A DNA stretch of 63,629 nucleotides, counting the filler, from Reticulomyxa filosa (Eukaryota > Protista > Foraminifera), in the NCBI GenBank assembly GCA_000512085.1. It is 18 parts of 18 records of this genome, joined end to end, with 100 filler letters (N's around TTAATTAATTAA, not from the genome) between each part and the next. Parts side by side here need not be neighbours in the genome. Positions count along the whole stretch, not along the records: positions 12,069 to 13,758 come from ASPP01022954.1; positions 13,859 to 29,476 come from ASPP01003762.1; 16 more parts are not named here. One strand, given 5' to 3'. The notes under the pieces were generated by a model. The model saw only the letters and a list, made by a program, of their open reading frames with translations, was not told the origin of the DNA and ran no database searches. Positions 12,204 to 27,500 of the stretch are shown in pieces. The number at the start of each line of letters is the position of its first letter. Position 1 is the stretch's first letter. The translations under genes were made by a program, and so were the position numbers.

Positions 12204-12965
12204 ATGCAACAATCTAAAAAAGGGAGGCATTCCAAAAAGCATTCGCAAAAAACAATTGAGCTCGGTATTTGGACAAGTTTGGAGGGCCAGTCTTATTTGG
12301 AAAAGTACTTTTGTACGTACGTGGACAGTAGTGGTGCCAATGGCATGCAGACTCCACAGTCAATATTGGAGGACCAAGGTGACGGGCGTATATCGCCCAT
12401 CGCAACAAACATCGATTGGGCAGTGTTTAAAAAAAAATGTAATTCCAAGTGGTCTTCTTCAGATAGAAACAATATGAAATGGGAAGACTGGAGATCGGAT
12501 CCCTCTGTGCCAGTGCAATTGACTGTCAAAGGATTGCTCAGTCACAGTTATTCACAAATACTGCAATTGCAGTCACTCAATTCACTCTCGTCTGATAGTG
12601 GCAATCAATGGCCTGTGGACATGTATTGGCAGGCCATCGAACAACAAACAAGAGGCCAAGCTCCAATCGATTTGGTGGCCATTTTGGCCATGAAAAAAGG
12701 TATTCCATTCTGGAATGCCAAAGTTCTCATTGATAGATGTGGCTTTGTTGACACAAGTACTGGACAATATTCATTGCAAATTTGTGGTCTTTTGACAACA
12801 AAACGAAAAGCTGTTGCTATGAACCGCAGTGAACTTTCTCCAGATTGGATACAACACACCGGTCCCTCTTTTCAAGACGCTCCTCATTTGAAAGACCGTT
12901 CTGGCCCTTCTCTTCCTGCTTCCTTTTTGAACCCTGATGCTCCTGAATTTGTTCCTAATTTCTAG
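12204..12965 (+). CDS. Hypothetical protein with C-terminal PAM2 (PABP-interacting) motif; possibly the last exon of a longer gene
   Basis: The 253-aa ORF ends SFLNPDAPEFVPNF*, matching the PAM2 consensus SxLNxxAxEFxP. Confidence 0.75.
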   Translation: MQQSKKGRHSKKHSQKTIELGIWTSLEGQSYLEKYFCTYVDSSGANGMQTPQSILEDQGDGRISPIATNIDWAVFKKKCNSKWSSSDRNNMKWEDWRSDPSVPVQLTVKGLLSHSYSQILQLQSLNSLSSDSGNQWPVDMYWQAIEQQTRGQAPIDLVAILAMKKGIPFWNAKVLIDRCGFVDTSTGQYSLQICGLLTTKRKAVAMNRSELSPDWIQHTGPSFQDAPHLKDRSGPSLPASFLNPDAPEFVPNF

Positions 12966-13858
12966 ACTCTTGTTTTTTTTTTGTGTGTTATTGTACAATG
13001 GAAACATTTTAACAAACAAAAGAAAACTTGAGTACTGTTAAATTTAACTTCAGGAGCTCTTGAACAGTGTTTTTCTTGTAATAACGTCACAAACCAAAAT
13101 CTAAAACAAATTAGAGGGCAAATAGCAATAGCGCGACGCTAATTTTTGTTTTAAAGGTCTTGTTCAAATGTTCAGAGATCTTTCTTAAAAAAAAACCATT
13201 TTTTAGTATAAAACTTTTTTTTCTTGCTTACCATAAAAAGGAGTGGAAAGTTGTATTAATAAAATGTGGCTAAAAGCAATTTTTGATAAAATGTGTTGAC
13301 CAAAATTCAAATTACAAATTTCTTTTTTGTGAAAGTTGTGAGTAGTAAAAACCCTTTTCTTTTTTTGGTCAAGTCGGAGTTCTGGGCTGGAGTTGAAGGA
13401 TGGTCACACCGTATCAATGTTCCCCCCCCAATAATGCACAAATCAATAATTTAAAAGTTGGCTATCGGCACACCACAAGTAATTTCACTACAGCAACATC
13501 CAACGGGTGCCAAGGCAATATCTGCAGCCATCAAATCGACTATCACATCAACAATATCACCGATCACATACACACAAACATTACATAAATTGGGAATATA
13601 AGGGCAGCCGATGCTCGCCCAATCACTGGATTTGAAAAAAAAAATTGAGTCACTACAACGTGACATTGCACTCCAGTTCAGTTCATTATATTTTTTTTTC
13701 AATTAAAAAAAAAGATGGAGTTATGGAAAAAAACTTTGACAATAACAAAATAACAGTANNNNNNNNNNNNNNNNNNNNNNNNNNNNNNNNNNNNNNNNNN
13801 NNTTAATTAATTAANNNNNNNNNNNNNNNNNNNNNNNNNNNNNNNNNNNNNNNNNNNN

Positions 13859-14306
13859 ACACAGAGGACGAGAAGAAAGAGACAAAACATCCAAACAACA
13901 ACCGCTTCCAGCTGTCTATTCTCGTTCAATGGATCAAATGCAAAGCATTCGAAGTTTTGTCACCGGCGAAATTATTCAAATGCGTAATATTCACGGCATC
14001 GGCAATGATGATTTTTGTGACATGACACAGACGCATAGCTTCAATGGCCATCATCATCGACACAGTCGTCGCAAAAAACGCGATTCCATTAAGCAAGCCT
14101 ATTTCGAGGATTTAAATGAGCTTTGCAAGATCATTCGCGACGGTATTGAATATCCCAAACTTTTGCATGGCTTATACTATCGCCCAACACATGGATTTGA
14201 TTTCACTTTTTTCGTCTTGTACGAAGAGTTTGTCAATCGGATGTATTCTTGTGTTCACAAAATGGAAAGTTTGGATCAGATCGATCAATTGGAATCATTA
14301 TATTAA
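13859..14306 (+). CDS. 3' fragment of a hypothetical protein
   Basis: Coding-like ORF near the contig start, ending at TAA 14306. No motif recognised. Confidence 0.5.
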
Positions 14307-15895
14307 TTGCCACTTCAAAAAAAAAAAAAAATCGACTCTCTTATTGCAATCCCTTGTTGAGAAAAATCTAACAACTATTTTCGAAAAAAAAAATGAAATA
14401 AAATAACACATCACAATCACAAATAGTAAACAAACAGATTTGAAGGTTTGCTTTTTCCTAAACCAACACCAAGTTCGACCATATTGTTGTGATGGAAACA
14501 AAAACACCTTCCTTTGTTTGCTTTTGCAAAGACGTTTCTATTTAATGGAACGGACAAACCACCGATTGTCTGTTGTTTTTTTGAAACTATGTTTACATCT
14601 TATGTTTGTGCCACTTTGTTTTTTACTCATCTGTCGCTCGAACTGGGGGGAATAAATAGGCCTAGTTAACAAAAATAATGCCATGCATTTGTTTAAAACA
14701 ATTCTTTGATTTCGTCAGTTGTGCGACGCAATTCTTGTTTATTGTGCCTTTTCTCGTGGTTAAAGTCATTTTTTTAATTGTTTTCTCTCAAAATAAAACA
14801 AAATTACTTTCAACGATTTTAAGTGTTATCAAAGAATAAAAAAATAGCTTTTTTGTGCAGTCACATGTTTTTGTTTTCACGAAAAATATTGGACGATCTT
14901 ATTTTTAACACCTAACTATAAAAAATAATGGAAAATTCAAAATTTTTCATAAGAAATAAAAGCACAATTTGAAGTGACTATTTTCAAGTATCTCCTTATT
15001 GATCTGAACACAAAATTAGCTGTTAATACCTCGACACAAAAATTTTTTATTATTATGCTTCACATAAAGTAACATACTGTCAAAACCATACTTTCTTTTT
15101 AAAAAACAAAATAAAAATAGTTTTTACTGGCTTTTGTTTGAGAAAATTTATTTAAAAAAGTCTGATGTAAGAAATTATAAGATTTAAGTGAGCTTTTGAA
15201 TTATTAAGATTAACTTTAAATGAAAAACCAAATTTTCGAATATTGTAGGCAATGTGGTCTTGTCCAATTGGGAATCTAATGTAGAACATGCTCACATAAG
15301 ACTACTTTTAACACAATAGCGTTTGTCATTGGACAAGTTACTTATATAACAGTATTATATTTGATTGCATAATAAAACTTTGCAAATTGCTATATTATTT
15401 TTTATGTTAATTTTTTAAATTTAAATTTTTGCAAACTTATTTTACAAAATAAGCTTAAATGTAAATATGTAATTTAATCTTATTGTCGTATTGAATAAAA
15501 ACGAAAAATATTAAATTACACTTTTAATACAGTTGACATTAATAAGTGATTTTCTCAATGAAAAACAGAAATTAAAACATGATTTTTTTAAATATATACA
15601 AATATTGTAGTTTTTAAATGTTATTTGTTTTTGATAAAATGTTTTTAAAGGAATTAGACAATTAATTTAAGTGTAAATTTTGCGTTTTATCGCATTTCAT
15701 GAAGAAAGTTCATCTCGATTACTTAAACGATGTTATTTAATATTAATTGGTATAAGTAATATGCATGTTTGAATTTGTGTCATTTTTAAATGTAAAGGCT
15801 AAAATCATAATCTAGCTTAAAGAAACTAGCGCCGTTCGTCGTGAGTGACTTTACCGTAAAAAAATTCCTTTTTTAACAGGGTCGAAATTAGCACA

Positions 15896-18337
<2,442 letters not shown>

Positions 18338-18591
18338 AAAATGCTTTGGTATTTTTTTTTGTAATATTCAATCGTTTTTCTAAGTAAGAAAAAGAAAAAA
18401 AAGGCATAATTTATTTGCATTTTTAAAAAATTCGAGTTTGTGAAGTCGTAACCAATGTTTGATATAAAAATAAACTTTTTGAAGAAGAGAAACAAATAAT
18501 AAAAAAATGGGACAAATTGAATTCGAAAAGAATATATGATTCTCTAAGTGTGATTATTTTTTTTCGAGTAAAAAAAAAAAGAAATGGAATA

Positions 18592-19916
18592 TTAATTTAC
18601 TGTGTCAAGAACTGGAAGTTGAAGCATGTTCATCTTCCCACGGGTAATGCCCATTAACTTCTCGCCCAATTCCGTGAAGTGGTAGTTTGGTCCATTTGAA
18701 GTTCGAAAAATATTGGTTAGAGCGTTGTCACTGCGTTTGTGTTGAGAATAGTTTTCATTTCCCCAAAAATCAGGCGGGGAAATTTTCTTGCGGAAATGTT
18801 GCAGTTGCAAGGCTCGGTACGTACGGTTTAACGGGACATCAGGGAGGAAGCCAGTGTAAATGACCTGTCGAACCGTGTGGTTTTGGTTTTTTTGACTATT
18901 CGCGTGAGGAATCCTCCAATCGAAGCACACGACGGAGCCCTTGTCGTAAGGGATGTGTTGAAAGGACTGTAAGATCTCTTTATCTTCTTTCGGCAATAGT
19001 CGCGTGAAGTCACCGACACATATGGTGTCATTGGTACCATCAACTTGGCTTTGAATGGATTTGGTCGTAAAGTAGTTTTCAAATTTCCGATGAAACCCTT
19101 TGACACACTCAAACCCACCAGTGTTTTCCTTGTGATTGTCAGTCAGTGCAACAAACATCTGAATGGGCCGCCATCGATGCGATTTGTCGGAATACATGTC
19201 TTTGGGACAACAGTCCAAATGTGGCGCCAATCCTCGTTGTAACAATCGTTGTTTTTGTTTTTGCTTTTGCTTTTGAGATTGCGATTGCGACTGCGACTGC
19301 GACTGCGATTGGGTTTGAGTTTTTTGTTTTTGTATTGTTTGCTGTTTCATTGATATCGTCGGGCAATCGGAAACATACGCGATTCATATACAATGTTCCA
19401 TGCTTTGGATTGAAGGGTCCATGTTTGTGTCGGTATAGCTTCAATTCGATATGGGCTTGTTTGTTTTCCTCTTTGCTCTCTGTTTCTGCTTCGTTCACTT
19501 GTCTATCTCTGCCATCCTTCGCATATGTGTGCTCCCAAAGCTCGCTCATTATTCCATACACTTTTGGACTTGTTGCCACGTCCAATCTCCATTTACTATA
19601 AAATATGTCGATTATTCCTCCCGCTCCATTTGTTGTCGATAGTCGGTCTAAGTTATGCGCTGTGCCTGCCAAATCTTCAATATCCTTGCAAATATTTTTT
19701 CATTTTTTTTTGTGTGTGTCAGATGTGGTTTTCAGGTATCCAATTCGATTTTTAAATGCTTGAATACCACTTAACTACGCCAAATGTTTTCAAGGTTTCG
19801 TATAAACCCTTTTGTGTTGCTTCTATTTCTTCTGATGAAAACACATTCGGAATGACAAGGACACCTTCTTTGATAAATTCTTCTATTTGTTCATTTGTTA
19901 AAAGCCGTTTTGACAT
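18592..19916 (-). CDS. Phytanoyl-CoA dioxygenase-like (PhyH/DUF1479-type) 2OG-Fe(II) oxygenase with an apparent internal frameshift
   Basis: N-terminus MSKRLLTNEQIEEFIKEGVLVIPNVFSSEEI; HxD in PHLD; IQMFVALTD..GGFECVKGFH; distal His in DWRIPHAN. The frame changes near 19350-19270. Confidence 0.8.
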
Positions 19917-20203
19917 TATGAGGATTATCAAGTTTTTTTTATTTAAATCACATCCAAAGGAAACAATTCAAAAACTAGTTTTTCTGATTGTATTATTTTA
20001 ACTTGGTCTTATGACAATTGTTGTTTCTTTTTTATCAAGAAATTCTTAAAGTATATCAAGGTAAATCTAATCGAGTTAACATGCTTAAGTTGCAGCTTTT
20101 ACATACGATGAAATGTTTGTCTTTACCAAGATAATTTGATATTCCAAACAAAGTGCAAGACGCAATCAGAAAATAAGCAATTTTTACTCGGGGCTAGGGG
20201 GAG

Positions 20204-21230
20204 TTGATTTTAACATGTTTTTTAGTTGAGCATGTACGTTTTTTTGTGTTTTTTTTTATTGCAGCAAACAGTGTCGTCTCTAATGCATATGATCTGACAC
20301 CATTAGGAAAGCTTTTATCAAAAGATGTGGATTTAGAAACTATTGATGACTTTCACCTTGTTGAATGTGCAATCAACTCCGAAGCCTTTTATATTCGAAT
20401 GAGGCCGGACTGGGCACCACTTGGAGCTGCACGGTTTGAAGAATTGGTAGAAGACAAATACTATGACAACACGGTATTATTTCGTGCCTTAAAAGACTTT
20501 ATAATTCAGTTTGGAATAAGCGGTGATCCAGAAAAGGCAAGAAAATGGTCAGGAAAAGAAATAATGGATGACGTACCAGGTGGAGAATCCAATTTACCGA
20601 AAATTGCGTTTCAAAGAGGGATGCTCTCCTATGCCGGAAGTGGGCCCAATTCTCGTGAAACCCAAATTTTTTTCACTTTGATTGACACAGATTGGTTGGG
20701 GCGAGAGCCTTGGGAACAGCCTTTTGCAGAAATAGTTTACAACGTCGATATTTTGGATGGAGTCTATTATGACTACCAAGAGGGTCCTGATCAAGGCAGA
20801 ATTTGGAATGAAGGGTTCGTTTCTCCCCTCTATTGTTTACACGTCATATAGTACATATATAAATGCATATTTGTGTGTATATGTATATATTTTTTGTATG
20901 TATATATATTGCACACTCGAAATTGTTAGGTACGCATATTTGAGAGCGGAGTTCCCGCTGTTAACGTATTTGGATTATTGCAGAATTTTACGCACAGAAG
21001 AGATTCTTAAAAAACATGACGAAAATGACTTGGAAAATGGATATCTTAAAGACGTAATCGACGAATTGGATAGAGAAACAAATCAAGTCAAAGATATTCA
21101 AGCCAAAGCTGTTGAACAATTTGGTTACAAAGTCTATTTTATTGAGTTTGCTTTGGTCATTGTTGTGTTAGCTTTGGTGTATTGCCTCATTTACCGTTTT
21201 GCGGACACAAGGAACTCCAAAGCCGAATAA
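20204..21230 (+). CDS. Cyclophilin-type peptidyl-prolyl isomerase with C-terminal TM anchor, 2 exons
   Basis: WAPLGAARFEELV..YYDNTVLFRALKDFIIQFG, RGMLSYAGSGPNSRETQIFF, GPDQGRIWNEG|YAYLRAEFP. A hydrophobic tail FIEFALVIVVLALVYCLIY follows. The start codon is uncertain. Confidence 0.88.
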
Positions 21231-21556
21231 TCTTAGTTTTATCCTTTATTTTCTCTATTTTCTTTCCTCCAATTCGGCTATCCCTTGTTTCTCGCCCGTT
21301 TTTCCTTCCCCGTCAAGGATTTTTCTTCAAACACCCTTTCCGGTTTTCAATAATAAAATGCCACACATTACTAAGTGTAAAGATTTCCCATGGTTTGCTG
21401 AGGGTTTTTACTCGAAGGGGAAAGTTTTGAAAGGATAAATAAAGGAGGCTTTTTTTCAATTTTAAATTAGAAATAAAACATTTTTTGCCCTGAACTTAAA
21501 CATTTACAATTTAATACCGTTCAAAAATGTAAAAGTGTTTTATTTTTTTTTGGCTA

Positions 21557-24500
21557 TCAATATTTTAAGGCACAAAACATGGCAACGCCAGCTTTGGTCC
21601 ATTTGTCTTGTGGATCCTTTGATGGCAGTTCAATAAACATTACAAAATTTGTGGAATGTCCTGTAGTAGAAAGGGTACCACAACGAGTTAAAATTTTATA
21701 TACAGGGCATTTATAAGTGCCTTCCTCTGGGGCAACTCGTTTTACTTCGGGCAGCAGCCATATCTATCAATTTGTGTTACAATTTTCTTTTCTATCTTGG
21801 TTTTTTTTAAAGAAAAAAACAAACGAAACGGTGGGCATTTCCACGAACAACTCGCGAGGTTTGGAGTCACTCAGAGCGTGTAGTTCACGGTCCCAGCGAC
21901 AGCCTTCTAAAAATAATCCTTTGATATAACATCCATCACTCGGTGGTTCCAATTCTTTTTCTTCATGTGACATGACTTTAAACCCAAACGATATCGTGTC
22001 GATCGGTTTGACATGTTTTCTTGCGTAGTTTTGCAATGTCCCAGTCAAAAATGCTTGAGGGAAGAAAAATCCAGAAATCCAATACACATTCGGAGTGCCA
22101 TTCTTAATCCAATTGCTGTACAACAAAACAAAACATTTATATAGCGGGCCTCCATTTTTTTGTTGGAGTGTGTGCAAGACAACTGTTTTTCCTCCAAAAA
22201 AGTTGTCTCATGAAAAAAACTAAAGACATGAATTGTTTATTCTACAAACTTGATAAAATTCATTCTCTGGATGAGATCTTCCACCCAGGAGGCCAGAGGT
22301 TTTAAACTAGGGTAAGCTACTGCCTCCCAATTTTGTGGCACCAAATTATCAAATAACGCATTTCCCATGGTTTCCAATTCCGTCGTCATTACCATTTCCC
22401 CTTTCAACGCCTTTTGCAAATCGTGCAAGGATTTCTTAATCCTTTGCAGCAATCGATTATATCGAATGGCTTCTTGTACAAGTACAGTGTTCATGCTTTC
22501 TTCATGGGTGGTTGGATACTGCTTCATTAACGCGTCCACATTGATAATAGCCGGAACTTTAATTTCAATGTCCCTGGCGGTTTCCCCTACCATTTCATCT
22601 TTCGTTTTGCCGCTGGAATGAGAGGTGCGTGGCAAAATGGAGGCAATAACCGAGAACAGAGTGTCTGTCTCTTCTGTGGCAAAGGTGATATTGGCGTTTT
22701 CGTGGAATCCAAACACTTCTGGCTCCGGAACTAGGGGCAAGGATTTGATATAAGTGAGGTATCCCTCTTTGTTGCACGCAGGAATGGAGCGATAGACTCC
22801 AGATGGGCTGAACTTGTAATCGTCACACAGTGCGTCCGGAGTGATGAAATCATTTAAAATTGTTTTGCTGGTGTGGCGATCGATTTCGTCGGTCACACGT
22901 CCTCCATAGTTGATATCATAAATTAAGAAGTGGATGACCTTGAACGGGATCTCTTCAAACATATCCAAAAAATCATGCAACTGCTGGATACACACACGCA
23001 GGTCGGATTCGCGGAACGCATATGGAATATTCCATCCCAAAGGTCCATATTTCCGCCGATCCAATATCAATGCGTGATATAAACATAAGCCGAACAGTAA
23101 TTTTTTGAAAGGATCTTTAAACAAAAAAAAAAAAAGGAAAAAAGATTGAAAAAAAAAAACGTATACACATATTTTTTTAAAAATGGAGGTGTCATTCATG
23201 TGCACCACACAAACGAATAAGTAAACAAAAAAAACCTGGCTTCTTTGAGGCGTTCAAAAAATCATCGTCAAATCCCAAATAAGAACGCAGCAAATTGGCT
23301 CTCAATCCCTTTGGCGGTTCATTGGTCATTTTGATCCCATTTTGTAAAATGCTGACAGGGAACTTTGGAGTCGGCATGCTCGTGAGCCACAACCGGAAGG
23401 AAGGGTGCACTTCGGCAGAGTTGGTTTGCAACTCTTCGCAGATCTTTTCTAATTTGGGCAACCATGAGGTGCACAAGTGACAATTTTGTAAAACCACCCA
23501 TCCACCGTTTTCTTTGGCCTGCGAAATGTATTTTTCCGCAATGGGTCCTTGTCCCATGCCCAACGAAATAGACAGCATTTTTTCTTGTTCGTTGTGAACT
23601 TTTGCAAACGCGGAAAGTTCCTCGTAAGGGTCCGCCCCACTTGATAAAATGAATATCAACGGAGAAAATGATTTGGAAATGTCGTAAGAACCTTGCAAGT
23701 CAAATGGTGGTGGCTCGATAAATATTTGCCCCAAATGTTTGCTGATAAATGCTTGTAAGGCAATGTTCATTTTGTCAGGACGCAACGTTCTCACCACAAT
23801 CAACTTTTGAAAATCGTTCAATTTTTTATCCCATTCTCCAGGCAACGACTCCTCATGTGGAACTGACGCGTTGTAATAGCGCTGCATTACTTTCGTGTTT
23901 TTCACAAATGCGTCCACAAATCCATTGAACACTGCCAAGTTTTCCAGTGCCAACACTTTTCTCCAAACGTTGTCATCCAACCAACCATTGCTTGGGTTGC
24001 TCACCATAGTATTCGGTATATGTCCTACTTGAACCAAGAAGCGATATTCTTCTGCTGATATTTTCTTTTCGGACTTTTACATTCATTCAAACACACATAT
24101 AGCGGTATACGTAAAGGTATACACAAATGTGCAAGGAGCGAAGAATGGAGGGTTCAAATATTATATATGTATGCATATAAGAAGGGACTACAAAACTTGA
24201 AGGATTTTCACTGTCAGCAAAAACGAAAATAGCAGTTTGTGCTTTTCGAACAAAGAGCGGCAAACATTACGATAGAGTGACAACGTGAAGTAGTCATTGA
24301 TGTGTTGCAGTCTCTTGTGCAATTCATTGGAAGGAGTGGCATTTTCAATGCCATTTTCAAATAAGGAGAAAAACCATTGCAATGAAAACTGGTACATTGG
24401 GTCAATGGGTGCCAAGTCGGACACACAAAAATATAACACACTCGCACGATAAGCAACTGGTAAATAACCACTTCGGGCACTGTCAATTTCATTTTCCACT

Positions 24501-27500
24501 TTTTCTTGCTCTTTCACTTGAACATTTATTTCTTGCGACTTTTTTTAAAAAAAAAATGTATAAATTATTCTTTTATGTGCACGTCAAAAGTAAAACAAAA
24601 TAAAGTTCATATTGACCCCCTTTTTTTTTTTGCTTGGGAATGATTGTGAAAATCCTTACCGTCTTTTTAGACTCGGATAAAAAACAGATTAAATTTTCAT
24701 CGTCCAAGATATCTCCTTTGGCTTCCTTCAATAGCTGCAAAATCTTTGTTTCAATTTCTTGTAGTTGCTTTTTCATTGCAGCGCTGCTGACCACCAACTC
24801 GTTTTTTTTGATCTCCAACTGTGGAGCCTCCTTGGCCACCACCAGTCCCAACATTTGATCCTGTAGTCCGACAGGTGTCACTGTGAAGTTCAACAGTGTC
24901 ACTTTGACTTGCAATTCCGGCGGGTAATGTGGATTTGGCAGCTTTGTCGTCATCAGCAATTTGAAGCTGTTGTTGTAATGAATCGTGTTGTCGCCAAGTT
25001 TGATGTACTGCTCTCCTTTCAATGAAAACACTGCTCTTTGCAAAATTGGCTCCAATTGCGGATCCAACGTCTTTTTTTGTGTAACAAAAAAAGAAGAAAA
25101 GATAGTATAAAGTCTTTTGAAACAAAAAAAACATATATACGTATACTAATATAGTATACGTAATATTAAACATTATTATAGAAATGAAAAACAAAAGAAA
25201 TAAACTTCAAGAACATTTTCAATGATAACCCATTTTCCAAAACGAATTCCATTTTCTAAGGCTCTGGTTAGTAGTTTGCCGTCAGTCATTTTGACGACGT
25301 CAAACCCGTTGGTGGCATCCTCTTGCGCCAATTTCTTAATGAACCGGTTGGCCTGTCCTTGTGGGTCGATCATTAACGGCCAGCGATCGGCACTGTTCAT
25401 GATAATTCCGTTTTCAATCGACAAGCTGTCAGTCGGCAGCCCGCATATCGTCCACTGTCGAATCTGCACCGGTTTAGCAAGCGTGCTCACAATATCGCAC
25501 TTCTCTGTATGTTCCATCTATTCGATCAACATCCAAAAAATACGTATGCGTAATACGTATAATTGTCAACGACATTTGTGTTTATATTTACACTTGTACA
25601 TACATGCACGTATACATATACACATATATATATATGTATATAAATGCAAAAACTTGAAGTGATAGTAATTGATTTCTCCAAAGATCATACAACTCGGTAC
25701 GAAAATCGCTGGTAAAGGCTCCCAAGTATGCAATGGCTCCAGAAGTGATGGAAACGTCACCGGTGACATTTTGCAGCTTGATATCCAAAAGCGAAACGTT
25801 CTGGCTCCATCTTGTGCGTTCGCCTCCCAAGCCTCCAATCAAGCGTTCTGCTCTTTCCAGTTTGATGCTGCACATATCGACCTCCCTGGCCAGACGCTCT
25901 TTTTCTTGGACAGCCTGTTCGTATTTGGTCTGCAGGTCCGTCAGACGGTCCATGACTGCTCGCAATCTGCTCTTGGCTTCGGACAGCTGCGTTTGCACGA
26001 CCTCCAAAGTTTTGGTGGCGTCGTGCAGCCTTGCACGTTTGGGCTCCACCTCTTTGGCGACGTGGTAATACGTATGCATGGCGTGCGCCCACATGCAAAT
26101 GGCCTTGCATGCTTTGGAGGCCTTTTCAATCTCGGTGACAGTGAAGGAGGGGTCCTCTATAAATGGAGTCAGGGTTTCGATCAACTTTTCATTGAGCGAG
26201 TCTTTGTCAAATTCCACAAGCGTTTGCAGTAACTTTTTCGGATCCGCCAGCAATTTCTTTTGAGCAGCTTCCCAGTAATCGTCCACTTTTTTGGTAGGAT
26301 TGCCAATGTCTTTCTTTTTTACTGGAGACACGCCAAGCACAATACAGGCCACCTCCATCGTGAGACGTACCCCTGCCGGAGGATTGCGAAACGCTCTCAC
26401 TTCGTCAATGTCGGCCTTCTTCAAATCCTGCAAACAGGTCGTGGCTGTGTGTAACGCAGGCAACGCCTTGGCCAAGTCCGTTTCGGCGTCGCGCTTAATG
26501 TCCTCGCATTCTTGCGCTTTTGCACTTGCCTCTCTTTCTTGCTTGCTTACTATCTCCTCTTCCTTCGCTGCAGACTCCCGGTCGGTATGGATTTTCACCA
26601 TCATATCCTCCACCTCTTCCTGCGTCTTTTTCAGCACCGGCTGCATGTCGCGCAGCTTCACTTGCAATTGCGCGACGTCATGTGCAGCTTGGTCCAATCT
26701 TTTTTTTTAAAAAAAAAAATGGAGGGTGTTAATAATATTAATAATCAAATAGGATAATATGTTATATTATTATTTTTTTTTTATTTTTTTTATTTTCTTA
26801 AGTTTGTAAAGTTTACTTACTTTTCAACACCATTTGCAAACTTGTCCCTTTCGTCTTTGACCTCCGACTTTTTCACTTTGAGCAGCGACTTGAATGTCGA
26901 CAGCAACTCCAGATACGATGTCGGCGTGACGTAATTGTGCCGCCCAAGCGTTTGTGCAAACACCTTCGACTTTTCCTCCACGCTTTGGTGGACGTATACA
27001 AACATCTTCACCACTCGCTCCACTCCATCTGCTAACATTGCAGATTGCTCACTCAGCTTTCTTTGTGCCACCGCACGCAGAGCATCCGCAGGCCATGGTC
27101 TTGTTATTTCATGTTTTTGTCGATATTGCATAATTATTAAAAAATATATGTATATACATATATACATATATATATTCTGAGATGACTCTTTTTTGGAAAA
27201 ATATATATTTTAACTTAAACCAATCTATCGTACAACAATTGACCAAGGCAGGGAACATTCGCAGTCGCGTTCGAAACTTTTCACCCATTGGACTCATACA
27301 AATGACCAAATGCAAATTGGCTTTGACGCGAGTGATGAACTGTCCATGAATGTTTAATTTGGAGGGCTCCACTTTTTTTTTGAGGCACTCCATTTTGCAC
27401 GTCTCCGTAATCTTGTCGTATTCTTCTTTGCTCCACAGTCCAGGGATGTCGCCACTGTTTAGGATATTATTCAAATCTTCCAAAAACGATTCTGCCACGA

